From Erysipelotrichales bacterium (GTDB taxonomy: Bacteria; Bacillota_I; Bacilli_A; RFN20; CAG-826), in assembly GCA_022508525.1 (NCBI GenBank), contig JAFLVA010000005.1, forward strand, positions 22,625 to 86,624: a stretch of 64,000 nt of DNA. Reading direction: 5' to 3'. How positions within the stretch are numbered: position 1 is the stretch's first letter; each line of letters opens with the position of its first letter. The translations under genes were made by a program, and so were the position numbers. The notes below the pieces were generated by a model. It ran no database searches. It was not told the DNA's origin and saw only the letters and a program-made list of their open reading frames with translations. Positions 57,272-64,000 of this stretch are shown here, one piece after another.

Positions 57272-58541
57272 ATTTATGTCTTAGTCCTTTTGGATAGTGG
57301 TTTTTTAATTGACCATTACTTGCTTTAACAAACCCTAAGTTAAAATTTCGATAAGAAACGGTATGAAATCCTGAGTTGTATTGCATATTAATTGTCGCAC
57401 CATTTAAATATTCTTTTACGCATTTATCATCTAAGATGATTGAATCTTTTGCTGGTAGATAATGTGATAGATGATGATCAGGAGTAAAAATGTTTTTATT
57501 ATATTCTCCAACTTTTAATCCATTCCGTATAATATTAAATTCTTTAAGTGCTAAATTTGTTGGACTTAAATAAATTGAATTATCTTTTTTTATAATGTTT
57601 CCTTGTAAAGTTAAGTTATTGAATTCTTTAACTACAACCTTTTCTTTACAAATATAATCATTTACGCGCAGTTCACCATCTTTTTTTAATTTACATAAAT
57701 ATTGACCTTCACCAAAATAAGTAGAAGGAGCAAGAGTTATTCCTTCATTTACATCTGTTAAGGAATACATGCTTAATTCGTATAATGGAACAATATGCAT
57801 GTCTTTGTGTCTTTCAATAAGACCTTTTATAATTTCATAATTTTCTTCTCTAGAGTAGGAGCAAGTTGAATAAATTAATGTTCCACCAGGCATTAAAAAG
57901 AAATATGCTAACTCGATTAATTCTTTTTGAATGGTGGCTTGTTTATATACTTTTTCAATGCTCCAATCTAAAAGCATTTTTTCGTCTTTCCTAAACATCC
58001 CAGATCCAGAGCAAGGTGCATCAAGAATTATTTTACTAAATGTTCCAGCGTATTTAGTAATTTTCGATAAATCATTGCAAGTTACAATAATATTTTTTCT
58101 TCCCATTCTTTCAACGTTTTGAGAAAGGACTAAAGCACGGTTATAAGATAAATCATTAGAAATGATGATACCTTCATTATTCATTCTAAGTGACGTTTGA
58201 ATTGTTTTTCCACCAGGCGCTGCACACATATCTAAAACCATATCATTAGAATTAACATCTAACATATATGCAACAGTTAAGCTTGATGCATCAGAGATAT
58301 ATATTGCCCCAGCATCATGGTAAATGCTTTTTCCCATATCATATTTGTTTTTATCATATAAAAAAGCATGTTCTACAATAGGATGCTTAATAACTCCAGG
58401 GAAAGATTTTATAAATTCTTCTTCACTAATTTTGTTTCTATTTATAATAAGTGCGTGAGTGCGTGGATTATCCAAAGATTCTAAAAGCTTTTTTGCTTTA
58501 TTTTCATCATATTGACTTAATATGTGTTCTTTAAAATCCAT
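57270..58541 (-). CDS. RsmB/RsmF (NOL1/NOP2/Sun) family RNA cytosine-C5 methyltransferase
   Basis: DMCAAPGGKT, ILDAPCSGSGMFRKD, YSTCS. C-terminal PUA-like extension. Confidence 0.85.
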   Translation of the reverse strand: MDFKEHILSQYDENKAKKLLESLDNPRTHALIINRNKISEEEFIKSFPGVIKHPIVEHAFLYDKNKYDMGKSIYHDAGAIYISDASSLTVAYMLDVNSNDMVLDMCAAPGGKTIQTSLRMNNEGIIISNDLSYNRALVLSQNVERMGRKNIIVTCNDLSKITKYAGTFSKIILDAPCSGSGMFRKDEKMLLDWSIEKVYKQATIQKELIELAYFFLMPGGTLIYSTCSYSREENYEIIKGLIERHKDMHIVPLYELSMYSLTDVNEGITLAPSTYFGEGQYLCKLKKDGELRVNDYICKEKVVVKEFNNLTLQGNIIKKDNSIYLSPTNLALKEFNIIRNGLKVGEYNKNIFTPDHHLSHYLPAKDSIILDDKCVKEYLNGATINMQYNSGFHTVSYRNFNLGFVKASNGQLKNHYPKGLRHK

Positions 58542-58628
58542 ATGCCTTACCTCACTATTTAATTAAATCATATTTTTAAAAACTAAGATAGAAGAAATCT
58601 TACAATCATAATTATTTGACTATTGAAG

Positions 58629-58656
58629 TTGACAAGAAAAGTTATTTTGATATAAT
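58629..58656 (+). promoter_or_regulatory. sigma-A promoter with extended -10 for the TetR/ABC operon
   Basis: TTGACA (58629-58634), 16-nt spacer, TGaTATAAT (58648-58656). Confidence 0.7.
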
Positions 58657-58657
58657 G

Positions 58658-58687
58658 AGAAACAAATGTTGCGAAACGTATGTTTCT
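58658..58687 (+). promoter_or_regulatory. candidate TetR operator
   Basis: AGAAACA...TGTTTCT inverted repeat enclosing two tandem AAC-N4-GTT half-palindromes (AACAAATGTT, AACGTATGTT), directly downstream of the -10. Confidence 0.5.
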
Positions 58688-58707
58688 TAATGATTGGAGG
58701 AATCATT

Positions 58708-59280
58708 ATGCCACCTAAATGTAAATTTACAAGAGAAGAGATTATAAAAGTTGCACTAGATATAGTAAAAAAAGATGGTGCTTTTTCAATTACTGCTAGG
58801 TCATTAGGGGCGAAATTAGGTTCATCATCTAAACCAATATTTAGCATATTTAAGAATATGGAAGAAGTACAGATGGAAGTCACAAAGGCTGCAAAAGTTC
58901 TTTATGCAGAGTATGTACAAATAGGCTTAAAACAAGAATTACCATTTAAAGGTGTGGGCACACAATATATCCTTTTTGCAATTAGAGAACCAAAATTATT
59001 TCAATTGCTTTTTATGACTGAGCAACCACAACAAATAAACGTTACTGGTATTCTGCCGATCATCGATGAAAGTTATGAGCAAATATTAAAATCAGTACAG
59101 AGTGGCTATAATCTTAGTAAGAAAGATGCAGAGAATTTATATCGCCATTTATGGATTTATACGCATGGAATAGCAGTACTTTGCGCTACAAACATGTGTT
59201 CATTTACTTATGAAGAAATTAGCAGAATGATGACTGAAGTGTGTGTTAGTTTGCTAAAAGAAATTAAAAGGAGCAAATAA
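58708..59280 (+). CDS. TetR/AcrR-family transcriptional regulator
   Basis: Start moved to ATG 58708 (GGAGG RBS). N-terminal [31 protein letters not shown]. Confidence 0.8.
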   Translation: MPPKCKFTREEIIKVALDIVKKDGAFSITARSLGAKLGSSSKPIFSIFKNMEEVQMEVTKAAKVLYAEYVQIGLKQELPFKGVGTQYILFAIREPKLFQLLFMTEQPQQINVTGILPIIDESYEQILKSVQSGYNLSKKDAENLYRHLWIYTHGIAVLCATNMCSFTYEEISRMMTEVCVSLLKEIKRSK

Positions 59281-59282
59281 AA

Positions 59283-59975
59283 ATGATTAAAGTATTAGAC
59301 ATTATTAAATGTTATGGGAATGGGGAAAATAAAAATCAAATTCTTAAAGGTATAAGTCTAGAAATTAATGATGGAGATTTTACTGTTATTTTAGGAGCAT
59401 CTGGATCTGGTAAATCTACTTTTTTAAATGTCATTTCTGGACTTGAGTTACCAGATAGTGGAAGTGTTATATATGATGCAATTGATATCACAAAATTTGG
59501 TGATAGTGAATTAACAAAATTTCGTAGAGATAATATAGGTTTTATCTTTCAACAGTATTATCTTTTAGCAAATATGACAGTTGAAAATAATGTACGAATG
59601 GGCGCAGATCTTGCAAATAATCGAGAATATCGAGAGGTTATAGACGCTGTAGGGCTCAAAGATAAATTAAAGAAATATCCAAGTGAATTATCTGGTGGTG
59701 AACAACAAAGAGTATCTATTGCTCGTGCACTTGCAAAAAAACCTAAAGTATTATTTTTAGATGAACCAACAGGAGCGTTAGATGAGAAAACAGGAAGACA
59801 AGTTCTTGATTATATTTCTAGGTTGCATGAGCGATACGGATTTACTATTGTAATGGTTACACATAATCAAAACATTGCAGAAATGGCTAATACTATTATA
59901 AAAATGAATAGCGGAATCATATCTGAAATTTATACCAATAAAAATAAAAAGACCGCATATGAAATCGGATGGTAG
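59283..59975 (+). CDS. ABC transporter ATP-binding protein (MacB/FtsE-type)
   Basis: [35 protein letters not shown]. Confidence 0.9.
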   Translation: MIKVLDIIKCYGNGENKNQILKGISLEINDGDFTVILGASGSGKSTFLNVISGLELPDSGSVIYDAIDITKFGDSELTKFRRDNIGFIFQQYYLLANMTVENNVRMGADLANNREYREVIDAVGLKDKLKKYPSELSGGEQQRVSIARALAKKPKVLFLDEPTGALDEKTGRQVLDYISRLHERYGFTIVMVTHNQNIAEMANTIIKMNSGIISEIYTNKNKKTAYEIGW

Positions 59976-61119
59976 TTTTATGGTTATAGGAATTAAAGCT
60001 GCAATGAAACTTATAGGTATATCGATTATTGCTTGTTGCGCAGTTTTTGTTTGTACATTGTTTTTAAACTATAATATTGATATAGTTGCGATGAAAAGTG
60101 AAATAATAACAGTTGCAGGTGTCGCGATGTATAATGCTCAAGTTTCAACTGGAAAAGTCGTGTCTGCTGTCTCAGGTGGATGTTTGGTTATGACGTCTAT
60201 TGTTATGCTAATGTTTTATATTAAAAACTATATAGATGCACATAGTAAGGAACTTGGAATTTTAAAAGCGCTCGGATATTCAAATGTGGAAATTGCTAAA
60301 CATTTTTGGGTGTTTGGATTAAGCGTTTTTATTGGATGTACTTTGGGATATCTATTAGCTTTTTTCTATCTTCCATCTTTTTATGCTTTACAAAATGCTG
60401 AACATTATTTTCCAGAAATTAATGTGCATTTTCATCCACTTTTGACATTTTGTCTTGTTGGTGTTCCCTCACTTTGTTTTACTGCTTTAGCGATAATATA
60501 TGCTTATTTTAAATTAAAACAACCTGTGTTTAATTTACTGAAAGAAAAACGAGAATATAAGACTAAAGTCATTAGAAAAGAAACGAAAGATATATCTTTT
60601 CTTAAAGATTTAACGATAAATACAATAAGGAGCAGAAAAACATTTGTTTTTTTCATTGCGTTTTCCGCATTTTGTTTTTCTGCAATGGTGCAAATGTCAA
60701 TGTCTATGAAAAATTTATCAAGTGAGACCATGGCAATTATGATAATAAGTATCGGGTTAATTCTTGCTTTTACGACTTTGCTTTTATCACTTTCAAGCGT
60801 AGTGAAAGAAAATACTAAGACCATCGCTATGATGATGGTGTTTGGCTATAAACAAAACGAATGTAGTAAAGCAGTACTTGGAGGCTATAGACCTTTTTCT
60901 TATTTTGGTTTCATATTAGGTACTATCTATCAATATGTTTTATTAAAAATAATGGTAACAGTTGTATTCGTCGATGTTGAAAATGTTCCAGAATATAATT
61001 TTGATTTTAAAATGTGTGTAATTACATTGATTATATTTATTCTCACCTATGAACTTGTTATGTATGCTTATTCTAGACGAATACAAAAATTATCAATTAA
61101 AAGTGTTATGTTAGAATAA
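59959..61119 (+). CDS. FtsX-family ABC permease
   Basis: TM helices plus the FtsX-like C-terminal 3-TM module. Start ambiguous (59959 or 59980). Confidence 0.7.
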   Translation: MKSDGSFMVIGIKAAMKLIGISIIACCAVFVCTLFLNYNIDIVAMKSEIITVAGVAMYNAQVSTGKVVSAVSGGCLVMTSIVMLMFYIKNYIDAHSKELGILKALGYSNVEIAKHFWVFGLSVFIGCTLGYLLAFFYLPSFYALQNAEHYFPEINVHFHPLLTFCLVGVPSLCFTALAIIYAYFKLKQPVFNLLKEKREYKTKVIRKETKDISFLKDLTINTIRSRKTFVFFIAFSAFCFSAMVQMSMSMKNLSSETMAIMIISIGLILAFTTLLLSLSSVVKENTKTIAMMMVFGYKQNECSKAVLGGYRPFSYFGFILGTIYQYVLLKIMVTVVFVDVENVPEYNFDFKMCVITLIIFILTYELVMYAYSRRIQKLSIKSVMLE

Positions 61120-61150
61120 TTAAGTATACTTTTATTTAAAATATAAATAA

Positions 61151-61183
61151 AAGACGGGCAATAGTCTATTTGCTCGTCTTTTG
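61151..61183. terminator. bidirectional terminator
   Basis: AAGACGGGCAA...TTGCTCGTCTT followed by TT. Confidence 0.7.
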
Positions 61184-61198
61184 CGTAATAAATGTAGT

Positions 61199-61399
61199 TT
61201 ATTTTGTACAATTACATTCATTCTTGTTTTTTTGATAATATTTACGATATTGCTTAACTAAATTATTACCTTTTTTTTGACAACACGCACATTCTCCAGT
61301 TGGTAAATGTTTAATCTTTCGATAAATATAATTACCAATTACAGAACCAATGATAAGAACTGTGATAATAATAACAATAATTTCAATGGGTTCCATCAT
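61199..61399 (-). CDS. FeoB-associated Cys-rich small membrane protein
   Basis: Start moved to ATG 61399 (GGAGG inside the feoB 3' end). One TM, then GECACC and a C-terminal CNC. Confidence 0.7.
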   Translation of the reverse strand: MMEPIEIIVIIITVLIIGSVIGNYIYRKIKHLPTGECACCQKKGNNLVKQYRKYYQKNKNECNCTK

Positions 61400-61400
61400 T

Positions 61401-63713
61401 TTATCCTCCAATCAGTTGTTTATTGTCGCGTGTTTTATTATAGATGATAATACTAACTACAATAGCGGCAATTATTGCTAAGAAGATAAAGGCTGTCCAC
61501 CACCAGCTTCCAATTACATAGATCATAGAAGAAACAACAAATGAGGTTACTAGCCAAAAGACAATAGTTGATTTAAATTTTCCTTTAGGCAATTCGGCTT
61601 TTGCAGTAGCTACAGCAGCAAAGCAAGGAATGGTTGTAAGATTAAAAGCCATAAATGCAATTAAGGCTGCTTTTGTAATTCCTGTTGCTTGAATCATTGT
61701 AACTACTTCAAGCACGCCATCATCAGTCGCAATGTAGGTTCCAGCAATACAAGCAGCAAGTACACCAAATGTAGAAATGACATTTTCTTTTGCGATTAGA
61801 CCTGTAAGAGCTGAAACTGCAAACACCCAACCTACTGCACCTAACTGTGAACCAAAACCAAGTGGTGTGAATAATGGCTGAATAAGCATTCCAATACTTG
61901 CAAGAATACTTTCATTCATTCGCATGTTAACAAGACCATCGACTCCTTCTAAGCTTGCATATTTAATAGGATCACTTTCAAATAGTGCTTGAGCATCTTG
62001 AAGTAAGAATTCATAATTCCAAGAGAAAGAAGTTAAGAACCAAACAATAATCGTTGAAACAAGAATAATTGTAAATGCCTTTTTAATGAAGTGTTTTAGT
62101 TTGTCCCATAAATGAATCATAAGGCTTCCAAAACGAGGCATGTGATAACTTGGTAATTCCATAATAAATGGTGGAACTTTGCCACGCATTGTGGTATTTC
62201 GCATTAATACAATTGTTACAATGGCAGTTATCATACCAATTAAATACATACTGTATGTTATTAAATCGGCATTGCCTACATTGAAGAATTGCACTATTCC
62301 TCCAGCAATTGCTGTAAGAATTGGGAGTTTTGCCCCACAGCAAAAGAATGGAATTACTCTAATTGTAGCAGTGCGCTCGTTATCATCGGCAAGAGTACGA
62401 GTGTTAATCATTGCGGGAAGCGAACAACCAAATCCCATAATCATTGGCATGAATGCTCGTCCTGATAAGCCAAACTTACGGAAGATACGATCTAAGATGA
62501 AGGCAACACGTGCCATATAACCACTATCTTCTAAAATTGAGAAAAATAAGAAGAGAAGTAGAATTTGAGGTAAAAATCCTAACACTGCAAATAGACCTGC
62601 TAGAACTCCATCGACTAAGAATGCTTCAATCCAAAGTGGAGCACCAGATAGCCAATTTGAAACTATTCCAGAAATAGTATCTAATAGTAAATTAAGTAGA
62701 TTAGTAAGAATTACACCAGGCGAGAAAATACTACCATTTCCAAATACACCTTCAAAAGCTGTACTCTTCAAAGATAAGAAGCTATCTGGTAAAATCCCAC
62801 CCAAGAAGAATAAGTTTTCAGAGAAAGTAAAGTGAAAGATTAAAAATAAAATTGCTAAGAAAATTGGTATACCAAAGATCTTATGAGTCAATATTTTATC
62901 TGCCTTATCAGAAGGAGTGAGTTTTTTATCTTTATTTTTCTTAACTAAAATAGAAGAAAAATTATCAGCAATATATACATATCTTTCGTTTGCAACAATT
63001 GCTTCAAAATCATCACCGAATGTTTCGTCATTAAATGCATCTTTAAATTCTTTAACCATTTCTAGAGTATCTTGGTGTTCTTTGACTTCTAATTCATCTT
63101 GTTCAACTAATTTAACAGCATGAAATAAAGGATTTTCAACACCTTTTGCTTTTAATGCAATACTTACATCACTAATTAGATGCGATAGTGCACTTTTTTT
63201 GAGCACAGTGTGTCCCTTGCGTGATTTTTTGGAAGCATCATATGCGATTTCCATTAACTCTTTGATACCTTTATTTTTAAGAGCAGATATTTCCACAACT
63301 GGAACATTCATTTTCTTCTCTAATTCCTTGACGTTAATTTTGTCGCCACTTTTTGTTATCATGTCCATCATGTTAAGAGCAATAACGACAGGCACATCTA
63401 TTTCAAGTAATTGAGTAGTTAAATATAAGTTCCTTTCAAGATTGGTGGCGTCAACAATATTAATAACACAATCAGGCTTTTCATCTAAGATAAAATTTCT
63501 TGAAATAACTTCTTCGGGAGTATAAGGAGATAAAGAATAAATACCTGGAAGATCAACGATTGAAATATGCTCCTCTAGTTTCTTATAAACTCCATCTCTT
63601 TTGTCTACTGTTACACCTGGCCAGTTACCGACATGAGCAGTAGAACCAGTTAAAGTATTAAATAATGTTGTTTTACCACAGTTTGGATTTCCGGCAAGAG
63701 CGAAATGTTTCAT
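61401..63713 (-). CDS. feoB: ferrous iron transporter FeoB
   Basis: G-domain GNPNCGKTTLFN and DLPG. Large polytopic C-terminal permease domain. 770 aa. Confidence 0.95.
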   Translation of the reverse strand: MKHFALAGNPNCGKTTLFNTLTGSTAHVGNWPGVTVDKRDGVYKKLEEHISIVDLPGIYSLSPYTPEEVISRNFILDEKPDCVINIVDATNLERNLYLTTQLLEIDVPVVIALNMMDMITKSGDKINVKELEKKMNVPVVEISALKNKGIKELMEIAYDASKKSRKGHTVLKKSALSHLISDVSIALKAKGVENPLFHAVKLVEQDELEVKEHQDTLEMVKEFKDAFNDETFGDDFEAIVANERYVYIADNFSSILVKKNKDKKLTPSDKADKILTHKIFGIPIFLAILFLIFHFTFSENLFFLGGILPDSFLSLKSTAFEGVFGNGSIFSPGVILTNLLNLLLDTISGIVSNWLSGAPLWIEAFLVDGVLAGLFAVLGFLPQILLLFLFFSILEDSGYMARVAFILDRIFRKFGLSGRAFMPMIMGFGCSLPAMINTRTLADDNERTATIRVIPFFCCGAKLPILTAIAGGIVQFFNVGNADLITYSMYLIGMITAIVTIVLMRNTTMRGKVPPFIMELPSYHMPRFGSLMIHLWDKLKHFIKKAFTIILVSTIIVWFLTSFSWNYEFLLQDAQALFESDPIKYASLEGVDGLVNMRMNESILASIGMLIQPLFTPLGFGSQLGAVGWVFAVSALTGLIAKENVISTFGVLAACIAGTYIATDDGVLEVVTMIQATGITKAALIAFMAFNLTTIPCFAAVATAKAELPKGKFKSTIVFWLVTSFVVSSMIYVIGSWWWTAFIFLAIIAAIVVSIIIYNKTRDNKQLIGG

Positions 63714-63949
63714 TTTGTCCCCTCCTTTAATTCCACAACTACAAATTCGGCTTCATCTTTTCTTAAAGTTAATTCATAACCACGAATTGTAATTTCCAAT
63801 GGATCTCCAAGAGGAGCTTTTTTTCTTAAATATGCTTCTGCACCAGGGGTAATTCCCATATCAAATAAGCGACGTCTTATTTTTCCTTCGCCTTCAACTT
63901 TACGAATAATAACAGTGTCACCTATATGGCATTCATTTAATTTTTGCAT
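63710..63949 (-). CDS. feoA: FeoA-family protein
   Basis: 79 aa, GITPGAEAYLRKKAPLGDPLEI, ATGA-type overlap with feoB. GGAGG RBS. Confidence 0.85.
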   Translation of the reverse strand: MQKLNECHIGDTVIIRKVEGEGKIRRRLFDMGITPGAEAYLRKKAPLGDPLEITIRGYELTLRKDEAEFVVVELKEGTK

Positions 63950-64000
63950 AATATTACCTCCATTTTTTATACTACAAAGATTTTTGTGGCAAGATCTCGA

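Noticed and set aside
212-62520. Many antisense or embedded ORFs in the supplied track were considered as overlapping genes. Examples: 212..451, 4772..5035, 10983..11252, 12722..13084, 21766..21963, 26085..26507, 34217..34546, 41385..41684, 41851..42176, 49350..49995, 52316..52663, 56878..57222, 60504..60824 and 62179..62520.
   Set aside because: Each lies opposite, or out of frame within, a gene with strong motif support. They lack an RBS and have low-complexity or hydrophobic compositions typical of shadow ORFs in AT-rich DNA.
1-64000. Possible Mollicutes-type genetic code (TGA = Trp), suggested by the AT-rich composition, the abundance of lipoproteins, and the TGA-interrupted mini-ORF at 17024-17212.
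   Set aside because: Trp is encoded by TGG throughout long conserved genes. The standard-code ORFs are full length with intact C-terminal motifs. TGA terminates addA (4108-4110) and the polymerase gene (25200-25202) at the expected protein ends. A single broken mini-ORF is not evidence for recoding.

Overview
AT-rich (roughly 30% GC by eye, not computed) chromosomal segment from a low-GC Gram-positive-lineage bacterium. It looks Erysipelotrichia-like or like a standard-code relative of the Mollicutes, but the taxon cannot be fixed from sequence alone. The code is the standard bacterial one: Trp is TGG throughout, and TGA ends addA and the Y-family polymerase gene. I support about 55 CDS. I recognised no rRNA, tRNA, CRISPR array, transposase or integrase.

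Housekeeping backbone: addB (cut by the window edge)-addA-nudix, mreB, pnp, dapA, a GlpA-like oxidoreductase trio with DUF1667, an RNase J-like gene, ftsK, pullulanase, plsC, an RsmF-like methyltransferase, ppa, a transaldolase-family gene, a Udk-like kinase and feoAB.

Accessory modules:
- a BspA-type LRR lipoprotein + GH84 O-GlcNAcase-like glycosidase + C-terminally anchored protein (4.8-10.4 kb);
- an ArsR(alpha5-site)/HMA/P1B-2 ATPase Zn/Cd efflux operon carrying two copies of a 20-bp operator;
- a membrane-tethered XRE regulator divergent from a GT4/acyltransferase cassette;
- an NMT1-type ABC operon split by an oppositely oriented hydrolase/Y-family polymerase/YolD block;
- a GT-C-like membrane glycosyltransferase with an orphan sugar-binding lipoprotein;
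- a thioredoxin-like lipoprotein with two paralogous polytopic proteins;
- a four-domain flavodiiron fusion;
- a TetR + MacB-type ABC pair.

The most interesting locus is 16.9-21.3 kb. It is a three-gene operon: a small lipoprotein, a translationally coupled HEPN-like (Rx4H) protein, and a 785-aa highly repetitive BspA-type LRR lipoprotein. The two largest non-coding gaps of the window bracket it. A near-consensus promoter drives it, and that promoter's -35/-10 spacer ends in a G7 homopolymer, which makes it a candidate slipped-strand phase-variation switch.

All functional calls rest on motifs read by eye from the translations. No database search was run.
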